Positions 8,475-16,133 of a stretch of DNA of 64,000 bases are shown here, piece by piece. How positions within the stretch are numbered: position 1 is the stretch's first letter; each line of letters opens with the position of its first letter. The notes beneath the pieces were generated by a model that worked only from the letters and a program-made list of their open reading frames with translations, made no database searches and had not been told where the DNA came from. Position numbers and translations under genes: made by a program. Source of the stretch: Escherichia phage mobillu; sequence record MN850622.1; one strand, 5' to 3'.

Positions 8475-8792
8475 ATGAAAACCATCGATTGTAAAGCAGA
8501 ATTTAAGATTTTTTATCACGGTTCAAGTAGTTCAGCTAACATCGAAAACATGCTTTGTCCTCCTGAAGAAACAGGAGTTCTGTCTGAAACTGGACGTAAG
8601 AAAAACTTGGATCGTGTATTCTTTACTGAAGATATCGGTTTAGCAAAGATTTATGCAGGACGAGCAGCACGCTCTTATGGAGGTGAACCACGTCTCTATC
8701 GAGTAATTTCTCCGGTAGATGTAGTTCAAATGAATGATACTAAAGGCGCTACAGTTTATCACGCTGAATGGGCATTTTGCGAGGAAATATGA
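8475..8792 (+). CDS. Arr-like (rifampin ADP-ribosyltransferase fold) small protein
   Basis: 105 aa; FYHGSSSSANIENML and RVFFTEDIGLAKIYA resemble Arr H-G-[ST]...YF(T/S) core; own early promoter with 10-bp inverted repeat. Confidence 0.45.
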   Translation: MKTIDCKAEFKIFYHGSSSSANIENMLCPPEETGVLSETGRKKNLDRVFFTEDIGLAKIYAGRAARSYGGEPRLYRVISPVDVVQMNDTKGATVYHAEWAFCEEI

Positions 8793-8977
8793 GCAAATTA
8801 ACTAAAGTTACTTTTATCGGTTGGTTTAAAAGCGGTGAGATGTTCACTAAAGATATCATGTTATCAGGTGATCGCGAAGAAATCGAGTGGGTTACGGTAC
8901 AACTTGCTGAAGTGAACAAAGCATTAGTTAAAGCATTTGTTAATGACGAGAAAGTTTTCGAAGCAGATTTTCGATAA
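8789..8977 (+). CDS. hypothetical small protein, translationally coupled to Arr-like gene (size/position compatible with dmd)
   Basis: ATGA overlap with upstream stop, GAGGAA upstream; 62 aa; T4 dmd is a ~60 aa gene in the same 41-61 interval. Confidence 0.4.
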   Translation: MSKLTKVTFIGWFKSGEMFTKDIMLSGDREEIEWVTVQLAEVNKALVKAFVNDEKVFEADFR

Positions 8978-8989
8978 TTTTAAATAGCT

Positions 8990-9019
8990 GTTTACAAGCC
9001 CCACATACTGTGTTACTAT
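8990..9019 (+). promoter_or_regulatory. T4-type early promoter
   Basis: GTTTAC + 18 + TACTAT, then CTATCAAC leader. Confidence 0.55.
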
Positions 9020-9047
9020 CTTTCTATCAACTACAGAGGAAATTGAA

Positions 9048-9416
9048 ATGAAAAAATTAATCGCTTTAGCAATGGTATTTGGATTAACCGGATGTGGTGC
9101 CCATGGCTTTATCCCTAATAATGTTGGCCAACTGATTTATAATCCGAATGTTAAACAGTACGACCAACCTAAAGTTGAAGTGGAAGACCCGGTTACTGTA
9201 GGTAATCGAATGATTCAAGCTGATGCCCATGCTCAACGTTATCGTGACTCTGATACTGTAGCATTGTCAAAAGAACAGCGCGTTAAAGAACATTGCTTAC
9301 AGGCTACTGAAATCGCATTCATTCGCTATGTTGAAACAACCGGTAAAGAGCCTACCCAGAAACAAATCGCGAATAACTACGTCCAGTGTATTGAACGTTT
9401 AAACAAATTTAATTAA
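9048..9416 (+). CDS. putative lipoprotein
   Basis: Signal peptide MKKLIALAMVFGLTGC with lipobox LTGC; 122 aa. Confidence 0.6.
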   Translation: MKKLIALAMVFGLTGCGAHGFIPNNVGQLIYNPNVKQYDQPKVEVEDPVTVGNRMIQADAHAQRYRDSDTVALSKEQRVKEHCLQATEIAFIRYVETTGKEPTQKQIANNYVQCIERLNKFN

Positions 9417-9419
9417 TTG

Positions 9420-9449
9420 GTTTACACCAAAGTTAAAATAAGATACTAT
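9420..9449 (+). promoter_or_regulatory. T4-type early promoter
   Basis: GTTTAC + 18 + TACTAT. Confidence 0.55.
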
Positions 9450-9477
9450 AAACATAACAAATCAAGAGGAAATTAAC

Positions 9478-9726
9478 ATGGAATTATTCGTAGCTAGTTC
9501 AGTAGCAGTTTTAATCGCAGGTATTGGTTCAATCATCATTTACATGTTGCCTTGGGTAATCGCACTTATTCGTGGCACAAAAAGCACAACAGCAATCTTC
9601 TTTGTATCTTTACTCTTTAACTGGACGATGGTTGGTTGGATTGGAACTTTAATTTGGTCTATCATTGCCGAAAAGAAATCGGCTCAGCAGCCTCAACAAG
9701 TAATTATTATTCGCGAAAAAGAATAA
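9478..9726 (+). CDS. small membrane protein resembling superinfection immunity (Imm) family
   Basis: 82 aa, two hydrophobic segments, central RGTKS and W-rich second helix (NWTMVGWIGTLIW). Confidence 0.4.
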   Translation: MELFVASSVAVLIAGIGSIIIYMLPWVIALIRGTKSTTAIFFVSLLFNWTMVGWIGTLIWSIIAEKKSAQQPQQVIIIREKE

Positions 9727-9730
9727 ACTT

Positions 9731-9760
9731 GTTTACATTATAGATGGACTATAGTATAGT
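9731..9760 (+). promoter_or_regulatory. T4-type early promoter with inverted repeat around -10
   Basis: GTTTAC; ggact-atagtatagt-agtcc. Confidence 0.55.
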
Positions 9761-9789
9761 AGTCCTATCAAATCAACTAAGGAGTTAAA

Positions 9790-10083
9790 ATGAAAAAGTT
9801 ATCATTGGCAGCAATCTTACTTGCAGTATCATGTGCACCGGCTCCAGTTACGGCAGGTTATGATAAAGACCTCTGTGAGTGGTCAATGACTGCAAATCAA
9901 GAAGATGTTGAACAACAAATCTTCTCTGATATCATGAACATCACTAAACGAGACCGTCCTAATATGGTTAATAAAGTTGTTGAACAACTTAAGTCTGGCG
10001 GTATCATGCAGTACAACTATGTTTTGTATTGTGACCCTAATTTCGATAACAAAGATATCGTAACCGAAATCACAGGTGAATAA
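9790..10083 (+). CDS. sp: Spackle-like periplasmic protein (superinfection exclusion / lysozyme inhibitor)
   Basis: 97 aa with cleavable signal peptide; size and position (before 61.2-like, upstream of 61) as T4 sp. Confidence 0.5.
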   Translation: MKKLSLAAILLAVSCAPAPVTAGYDKDLCEWSMTANQEDVEQQIFSDIMNITKRDRPNMVNKVVEQLKSGGIMQYNYVLYCDPNFDNKDIVTEITGE

Positions 10084-10084
10084 T

Positions 10085-10735
10085 ATGATTTATTATATGC
10101 ACAAAAATGCGCCATTTAAATATGGTAAATTTCCTAATGCACAATGTTATAATATAACGCCGAATGAAAATAATAACGGATACCATCTCGGTGTAATTTT
10201 TGTAATTGTTAAAGATAACGAAATAGTTGCCTGGGCAGATTTTAAAGGTACAACATATGATGTTAATCCTGTGCCTTTCACATATTACAATATAATGGAT
10301 TTGGCATATGATTATAATTGGTTTAATCATGACACGTTGGCTCATATTGAAGGTGTAGGATTTGACATCTCTTATTCTAGCTATTCATTATGTCCTATGA
10401 GCCGAGCTCACGGTAAAGATGTATCATATCTTTCAATTCGGAAACGTGTAAACTTCAAACGTAGTACAGAGTATGTTGGTGGACTCTTTGTTAAAGATAA
10501 TAAAATAACCCGTATTAGTTATCCTCTAAGTGTAGGCCAAAAAGATGTTGATGTTGATTTGGACTTAACTGAAAATAACATTAATCGTATTGCTTCTGTA
10601 TATTTTGATATCGATGAAAAAATTGTAGTGTGTGGATACGAATTACCACCTGAAGAAAAGGCCGAAGCAATTGAAGTCGAATTAGAAATTTCTGTTGATG
10701 ACCAAATATTTAATGCATTTATGAATCGAGGTTAA
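10085..10735 (+). CDS. hypothetical protein (61.2-position)
   Basis: ATG 1 nt after upstream stop; 216 aa. Confidence 0.5.
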   Translation: MIYYMHKNAPFKYGKFPNAQCYNITPNENNNGYHLGVIFVIVKDNEIVAWADFKGTTYDVNPVPFTYYNIMDLAYDYNWFNHDTLAHIEGVGFDISYSSYSLCPMSRAHGKDVSYLSIRKRVNFKRSTEYVGGLFVKDNKITRISYPLSVGQKDVDVDLDLTENNINRIASVYFDIDEKIVVCGYELPPEEKAEAIEVELEISVDDQIFNAFMNRG

Positions 10736-10736
10736 A

Positions 10737-10934
10737 ATGACTACTGCAATTTGCACTGGTTCTAAAATTAGTGTTTTTACAAGTTTTGAAGATTATGAAG
10801 TTGTTTCAAAACACCAATGCCATATTAGCGTAAAAGCTAATGATGGTGTAATTTGGAATATTCCACAGTATGAAGGCACTACATATGAAGTCACAGATAT
10901 AAATGGTGACAAAGCAATCTTTGTAATTGATTAA
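10737..10934 (+). CDS. hypothetical small protein
   Basis: 65 aa ORF tightly packed between neighbours. Confidence 0.4.
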   Translation: MTTAICTGSKISVFTSFEDYEVVSKHQCHISVKANDGVIWNIPQYEGTTYEVTDINGDKAIFVID

Positions 10935-10953
10935 ATATACTCAGGAGGTACCT

Positions 10954-11421
10954 ATGGGTATTATTAACACTGCAATAGATTCTGTTTATGCATATAAGTT
11001 TATTCGACTAATGCAAAAACCTTTTACTGAATGGAAAGCATACGAAGCCAAAATCATCGATGAACGTGGAAGTGTTCTTAAACGCCCTTCCACTCCTGAA
11101 GAGAAAGCGGCTTATACACCTTTTCATGCTTCAGTTCGTTCAATGAAGCGAATGATGAGCACTGTTCCAGGTCTTAATGGAATGGCCTCAATGATGTCTG
11201 CCTGGAGTGCTGTAGCTTCACGCTATAACATTACGGAAGAACAACAGAAAGAAATATTTAAAGAACTCCCTTTATTTGAGGATATGGTTGCTGGTGATTC
11301 AGGCGACAGTCCTCAAGCTATTGCATCAGGAACAACTACAGGTGCAGTCGTAAATAAAGGTCCAGAACAAATTCCTTCCAAGAAAAGAAAGCGAATTAAA
11401 GTAAATATTAATAAGTTGTGA
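10954..11421 (+). CDS. hypothetical protein
   Basis: AGGAGG RBS 6 nt upstream of ATG 10954; 155 aa; Ser/Met-rich middle, basic C-terminus. Confidence 0.5.
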   Translation: MGIINTAIDSVYAYKFIRLMQKPFTEWKAYEAKIIDERGSVLKRPSTPEEKAAYTPFHASVRSMKRMMSTVPGLNGMASMMSAWSAVASRYNITEEQQKEIFKELPLFEDMVAGDSGDSPQAIASGTTTGAVVNKGPEQIPSKKRKRIKVNINKL

Positions 11422-11460
11422 TATGATGGCCTTATTAATTTAAGGCCTCTGGAGAATACT

Positions 11461-12483
11461 ATGGCTGAATGGATAGATAATGAATTTGCTTATCGTGCGT
11501 TTTCTCACCTACCTCGTTTTAGACAAATCAATAATTCAAGCACATTTAAATTAACATTTCGATGTCCAGTTTGTGGCGACTCTCAGACAGATGCAATGAA
11601 AGCTCGCGGTTGGTATTATGGCGGTACTCCTGGTAATGTACATTGCTATAACTGTCAATACCACAATACAATTTCCGGATACTTAAAGGAGTATGATGAA
11701 GAGCTTTATCGCGAATATCTAATGGAAGTTCGTAAAGAAAAAGCTAGAATGGAACCAAAGATTGAAAAGGTTCCTGAAGCTAAGCCAGAGCCAGAGAAAA
11801 AGACTATAAATTCTTTGCCGTCTTGTTCTCGTCTGGACAAGTTGCCTGAAGAGCATCCTATTGTGAAATATGTTAAGTCTCGGTGTATTCCTAAAGAATC
11901 ATGGAACAGATTATGGTTCACATTAGAATGGCCCAAATTGGTCAACAAGATTCAACCTGGTACGTATAAGAAAGAGATTCCCGAACCACGTTTAGTGATT
12001 CCTATTTTTAATAAAGATGGTAAGGCCGAGTCATTCCAAGGACGTGCACTTCGTAAAGATGCTCCTCAGAAATATATCACTATTAAAGCGTTTGAGTCTG
12101 CAACAAAAATTTATGGTGTTGAACGTGTTAAGGAAGGGGACGTCTGGGTAATGGAAGGCCCTATTGATAGTTTATTCATACCCAATGCAATCGCTATTAC
12201 AGGCGGCTCAATAGATTTAGATGTGGTACCATTTAAAGAACGTCGGGTATGGGTAATGGATAATGAACCTAGGCATCCGGATACTATAGCTCGCATGAAG
12301 CGATTAGTTGATGCAGGCGAACGTGTCATGTTCTGGGATCGAGCTCCATGGAGATCAAAGGATGTGAATGATATGGTAATGAAAGAAAATGCAACACCAC
12401 AAGAAATTTTAGAATATATGAAACAGAATATTTCAAGTGGGTTGCATGCTAAAATGAGATTATCTCGTTATTCGAAGATTTAA
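11461..12483 (+). CDS. 61: gp61 DNA primase
   Basis: 340 aa; N-terminal zinc-binding CPVCGDS...CYNC, toprim-like core; synteny. Confidence 0.9.
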   Translation: MAEWIDNEFAYRAFSHLPRFRQINNSSTFKLTFRCPVCGDSQTDAMKARGWYYGGTPGNVHCYNCQYHNTISGYLKEYDEELYREYLMEVRKEKARMEPKIEKVPEAKPEPEKKTINSLPSCSRLDKLPEEHPIVKYVKSRCIPKESWNRLWFTLEWPKLVNKIQPGTYKKEIPEPRLVIPIFNKDGKAESFQGRALRKDAPQKYITIKAFESATKIYGVERVKEGDVWVMEGPIDSLFIPNAIAITGGSIDLDVVPFKERRVWVMDNEPRHPDTIARMKRLVDAGERVMFWDRAPWRSKDVNDMVMKENATPQEILEYMKQNISSGLHAKMRLSRYSKI

Positions 12484-12677
12484 ACAAGCCCTATAATAGC
12501 AAAGGCCAAATCAACTACAGTATCCAATGGAACAGAAGGAACCATAACACCATGGGCAACTAACAATGGTGCAATCCCGAAGTTCCATGAAATAATGCCA
12601 CCTACAACTATTGCAGCGATAGCAGTTTTCTTTTTATTGCCTTTAATAGCGTTGATTAACGATGGAAGTTTAAACAT
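12480..12677 (-). CDS. small hydrophobic membrane protein encoded antisense to the early-gene direction
   Basis: 65 aa, two predicted TM segments; strong AAGGAG RBS 4 nt upstream of ATG on - strand; overlaps gene 61 stop by 4 nt. Confidence 0.45.
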   Translation of the reverse strand: MFKLPSLINAIKGNKKKTAIAAIVVGGIISWNFGIAPLLVAHGVMVPSVPLDTVVDLAFAIIGLV

Positions 12678-12765
12678 GATATCTCCTTAGTTACCTATTA
12701 TTTATTACGCTTTATAAAATTAATGTTAGAATTAACTCTCTTATACTGAATTGAAAGGAAAAATA

Positions 12766-13287
12766 ATGGCACACTTTAACGAATGTTCACAACTTATTTC
12801 TGGTGTTGATAAAGCAGAAGAAGCTTATTTTAATGCTCTGATTCACGAAGATAAAGACCCACTGCAGGTAATGCTTGATATGCAGAAATCTTTACAGGTT
12901 CGTCTGGCAAATGACAAGCCTGAACATAACAAACATCCTGATGAATTGGCCACTGCTGGCGATGTTGTTGATTGGCTGCGTAATCAGAAAGATTATATTG
13001 ATGATGAATTTCGTGAACTGCTGACTTCACTTGGTGGTATGTCCAACGGTGAAAAAGCTGCCAGCTCTGTGTGGAAGCCATGGAAAGCACAACATGCTGA
13101 ATATCGTAATCGTCGTATTGATGAACTGTCTCCTGAAGACCAGCTCGAAATTAAATTCGAAATGATTGATATTCTGCACTTCGTTCTGAACATGTTCCAA
13201 GGTCTGGGTCTTTCTGCCGAAGAAATCTTTAAACTGTATTATCTGAAGAATGCTGAAAACTTTGCTCGTCAAGACCGAGGTTATTAA
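12766..13287 (+). CDS. 56: gp56 dCTPase/dUTPase (MazG-like dCTP pyrophosphatase)
   Basis: 173 aa; MAHFNEC...DKDPLQVMLDMQ...EFRELLTSLG...ILHFVLNMF near-identical pattern to T4 gp56. Confidence 0.9.
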   Translation: MAHFNECSQLISGVDKAEEAYFNALIHEDKDPLQVMLDMQKSLQVRLANDKPEHNKHPDELATAGDVVDWLRNQKDYIDDEFRELLTSLGGMSNGEKAASSVWKPWKAQHAEYRNRRIDELSPEDQLEIKFEMIDILHFVLNMFQGLGLSAEEIFKLYYLKNAENFARQDRGY

Positions 13288-13460
13288 TGGCTCGTTTAAA
13301 TAAACGTCAGCTTAAGAAAGCTCATAAGAAACGTATTGACCAACTATTTAAAAATGATAACAGTGAGCTTATTTGTAAGCTCCTGTCTAATCAGCTTCAG
13401 CATGTTAGTCAATTATCAGACCATCTACATATGGTTGATTGGGTTGCAAATGAAACTTGA
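13287..13460 (+). CDS. hypothetical small basic protein
   Basis: 57 aa ORF (below ORF-track cut-off) starting in TAATG overlap with gene 56 stop; MARLNKRQLKKAHKKR. Confidence 0.35.
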   Translation: MARLNKRQLKKAHKKRIDQLFKNDNSELICKLLSNQLQHVSQLSDHLHMVDWVANET

Positions 13461-13674
13461 TTTTTATGCATGGCAAAAAGCCGGGAGACCGGCTAATAAA
13501 GCATTCGGCTCTGATGGATATAATACTAGACTCCACTGGAAATTTAATACTCCAGATGATTATTCTCCGGTAATAATTAACGGTGATGTTGTTATATTAG
13601 CTAAATTCGGATATTTTATTGTACCGAAGAAATTCATTATAAATACACCTGTAACTAAACAACAAAGGAGTTAA
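13450..13674 (+). CDS. hypothetical protein
   Basis: 74 aa from internal ATG of track ORF 13336..13674; alternative longer start 13336 conflicts with the 57-aa ORF. Confidence 0.35.
   Translation: MKLDFYAWQKAGRPANKAFGSDGYNTRLHWKFNTPDDYSPVIINGDVVILAKFGYFIVPKKFIINTPVTKQQRS
13638..13645 (+). promoter_or_regulatory. late promoter (TATAAATA) for soc
   Basis: Exact TATAAATA about 30 nt upstream of soc ATG. Confidence 0.6.
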
Positions 13675-13676
13675 TT

Positions 13677-13913
13677 ATGGGTGGTTATGTAAACATCAAA
13701 ACCTTTACGCATCCTGCTGGTGAAGGTAAAGAAGTTAAAGGTATGGAAGTTTCTGTGCCGTTTGAGATTTATTCAAACGAACATCGGATTGCAGATTCTC
13801 ATTACCAAATCTTTCCATCAGAAAAGGCAGCTTATTCTACTGTAGTTTCTGATGCAGCTGACTGGAAAACTAAGAACGCTGCAATGTTTACCCCTACACC
13901 AGTAAGTGGTTAA
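13677..13913 (+). CDS. soc: Soc small outer capsid protein
   Basis: 78 aa; GYVNIKTF...HYQIFPSEKAAYSTV matches T4 Soc; preceded by TATAAATA late promoter and AAGGAG. Confidence 0.85.
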   Translation: MGGYVNIKTFTHPAGEGKEVKGMEVSVPFEIYSNEHRIADSHYQIFPSEKAAYSTVVSDAADWKTKNAAMFTPTPVSG

Positions 13914-13922
13914 ATAATTTAA

Positions 13923-13947
13923 GGAATCCTTCGGGATTCCTTTTTTT
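13923..13947 (+). terminator. intrinsic terminator after soc
   Basis: ggaatcCTTCGGgattcc + TTTTTTT. Confidence 0.7.
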
Positions 13948-13956
13948 GTTTCTACA

Positions 13957-13986
13957 GTTTACAACAACTAAAAACTGTGTTAAGAT
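13957..13986 (+). promoter_or_regulatory. T4-type early promoter
   Basis: GTTTAC + 18 + TAAGAT; follows soc terminator. Confidence 0.5.
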
Positions 13987-14014
13987 ATTTTTACTTACTC
14001 AAGAGGAGAACAAT

Positions 14015-14242
14015 ATGTTAAATCGTTGGATTAAACCTAATAACACATTAGGTGCTTTGATTGCTCAAGAAGTTTCGTTGAAATACGGTCTTGGATATTA
14101 CGATGATGTAGTCGTACACTCATTCATGATGGATGGTGAAGACGTCAAATTTAATGTCGAAATCCGTTGGGATGATGGTGGTGTTCGTTTTGTTCGAGGA
14201 ACAATTAATGCTTACGATACTGAAGAAGTTGTTTGCTGTTAA
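14015..14242 (+). CDS. hypothetical protein
   Basis: 75 aa from ATG with AAGAGGAG RBS downstream of early promoter; track start 13946 lies in promoter. Confidence 0.5.
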   Translation: MLNRWIKPNNTLGALIAQEVSLKYGLGYYDDVVVHSFMMDGEDVKFNVEIRWDDGGVRFVRGTINAYDTEEVVCC

Positions 14243-14255
14243 GCCAGGCGAAGGT

Positions 14256-14456
14256 ATGATGCCTATTCCTGATACACACGAAAAAAGTTGGGAATATATC
14301 GGTGACGGCATGATGGAAGAAGTTGTTCGTCCAAAAACAAAACATGTTAATGCTTCAAGCTCTTCAAGTTATAATCATTCATACGTATCGTCTTGGCCTG
14401 GTGATTCTGGGTCAAGTTATTCTGATTGTGGTTCAAGCTCAGGGAGCTGCGAATGA
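14256..14456 (+). CDS. hypothetical Ser-rich small protein
   Basis: 66 aa from internal ATG; upstream part of track ORF 14133 overlaps previous gene. Confidence 0.35.
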   Translation: MMPIPDTHEKSWEYIGDGMMEEVVRPKTKHVNASSSSSYNHSYVSSWPGDSGSSYSDCGSSSGSCE

Positions 14457-14632
14457 ACAAGATAGTTAAATGGTTTAAAAGCTGGGACGATGGTGTCGGT
14501 CCGGAAGATTGGCTGGATGTTCTTGAAGAGAATATGGCTAAAGAATTCCAGAAACATGAAGAAAAGCTCGTCGAAGATGAAGGCGAACGTATTGTAAAAC
14601 TTTATATGGGTGAACCATCGAGGAAATTATAA
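14453..14632 (+). CDS. hypothetical small protein
   Basis: 59 aa, ATGA overlap. Confidence 0.35.
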   Translation: MNKIVKWFKSWDDGVGPEDWLDVLEENMAKEFQKHEEKLVEDEGERIVKLYMGEPSRKL

Positions 14633-15096
14633 TGGATGCTATGCTATTTAAAATGTATTTGCTTGAAGCCAAGTCATTTAAACATATACCAGTGGAAGAT
14701 AAGACTCCACTAGAAATAGCTATTCTCATTAACAAAAGTCTAAATAATCCGCAATATATCGTAGAAGAATTCTGCAAATTGCAGATTCCTAAAGGTTACA
14801 AAATTCGTGTAGAGCGAGTTGGAGCTATTACTCGTTCTAAAAATTCTCCGTTTAGTCTTGAAGAAGGCATAAAGGACTTAGGTTATGAATCTACGGAAAA
14901 TGCCGTTTATGCGAATCCTGAAAAGCGTTTAGACTTGTTTGAAAAGCGAGACCACAAGTATTTTGCCAAAAAATACTTTATTACATCATTAGCAGATTTA
15001 ATCCATTTGCAACGAGCTATTTGGAAATTTTTTAAGACAAAAGGTGTAGCGCTAGAAACATTCTCCGAGCAGCCTAGTTTTTATTTAGGTGAATAA
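14632..15096 (+). CDS. hypothetical protein (mrh-position)
   Basis: 154 aa; lies between soc and mod genes where T4 has mrh; no motif recognised. Confidence 0.45.
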   Translation: MDAMLFKMYLLEAKSFKHIPVEDKTPLEIAILINKSLNNPQYIVEEFCKLQIPKGYKIRVERVGAITRSKNSPFSLEEGIKDLGYESTENAVYANPEKRLDLFEKRDHKYFAKKYFITSLADLIHLQRAIWKFFKTKGVALETFSEQPSFYLGE

Positions 15097-15277
15097 TATG
15101 GACCTTATGAGTATGTTTGACGAGCCTGAAGTTGAGGCTCCTAAAGTGCATCGTAGTGAACTTGTTGATGAACTAGATAGTATTATACAGCGTCATGGCT
15201 TTAGTTTACCATTAGATGTCCTGAAAGACCTCGCCTCTTATTATGATGACCCTCCACCATGGAGTCCATGGAAATGA
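15089..15277 (+). CDS. hypothetical small acidic protein
   Basis: 62 aa ORF. Confidence 0.35.
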   Translation: MNNMDLMSMFDEPEVEAPKVHRSELVDELDSIIQRHGFSLPLDVLKDLASYYDDPPPWSPWK

Positions 15278-15437
15278 AAGAGAAATTGAAAGAGAAATTC
15301 TTACTAGAAATCAAGGAAAAAGACTTTGAGACATGGTATCGAATGGTGAAAGGGTTGACATTGCTTTTTAAAGCATCCTTATTCATGTTAGAACAACCTG
15401 GCCCTGATGGACCTTTAGTAGGAAAGCTTAAAAAGTA

Positions 15438-15466
15438 GTTTACATTCCCTCCTCTCGTGTTATGAT
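15438..15466 (+). promoter_or_regulatory. T4-type early promoter
   Basis: GTTTAC + 17 + TATGAT. Confidence 0.55.
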
Positions 15467-15493
15467 AGGCTTATCTTTAAATGGAGGTCTATC

Positions 15494-16075
15494 ATGACAT
15501 GTCAATCTGAACTTCAAGAACGTGAATACCTAACAAATCTGATTGATAGCAAATTCACCCACCAAGAACAAAACATTCTCTGGGCTTGCACCGATTCTAA
15601 GGAAGACCCGGATTTCCACTATGAATTAGACCATCTTGTTCGTAAGCATATGACTTCTACAGTACCAGTAGAACTCTACCGTGGTGTAACTCCAGAAGAA
15701 GTAGAACGTCTTTCACTTCTTTCTGTTGGTTGCCATTGGTCTCCTGGACGAGTAACATCGTTCACAACTGATTTCAGTACAGCTCGTCAATTCTCCGGGA
15801 GATGGGAATATCAGACGTACACTATTCTTAGTCTCAGGAATGCTCCATTCATTTTTGATTACTACCAAAACATGATTAACATTGTACTCGCCGGAAAGAA
15901 CCCTAAGCATGTTATGGAAGAAACGCGTGTTGACGTCCTAGATATGATTGAATCTGAACAAGAGTACATGGTCTCAGGTATCTCTAGATTTGAGATTGTG
16001 GAAATTGAAGACTTAGAATATGACCCTTTATCTCGATTATACAAAATCATTCATTTGAAAATGTTGAATTTTTAG
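15494..16075 (+). CDS. ADP-ribosyltransferase, ModA/ModB family (ModB position)
   Basis: 193 aa; R-S-E triad: ELYRG, FSTAR, SEQEY; tandem with paralog; synteny next to srd. Confidence 0.7.
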   Translation: MTCQSELQEREYLTNLIDSKFTHQEQNILWACTDSKEDPDFHYELDHLVRKHMTSTVPVELYRGVTPEEVERLSLLSVGCHWSPGRVTSFTTDFSTARQFSGRWEYQTYTILSLRNAPFIFDYYQNMINIVLAGKNPKHVMEETRVDVLDMIESEQEYMVSGISRFEIVEIEDLEYDPLSRLYKIIHLKMLNF

Positions 16076-16104
16076 TGTACAAACTCTTCCAATGATGATA
16101 CTAT
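16075..16104 (+). promoter_or_regulatory. T4-type early promoter (variant -35 GTGTAC)
   Basis: GTGTAC + 18 + TACTAT, CTTTATCAAC leader. Confidence 0.45.
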
Positions 16105-16133
16105 TACCTTTATCAACCACAGGAGAAACCTAA

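Noticed and set aside
13336-13449. N-terminal extension of track ORF 13336..13674
   Set aside because: Overlaps a TAATG-coupled 57-aa ORF in another frame; internal ATG at 13450 preferred, but this remains uncertain.
14133-14255. N-terminal part of track ORF 14133..14456
   Set aside because: Overlaps the upstream gene for over 100 nt in another frame; internal start at 14256 is more plausible.
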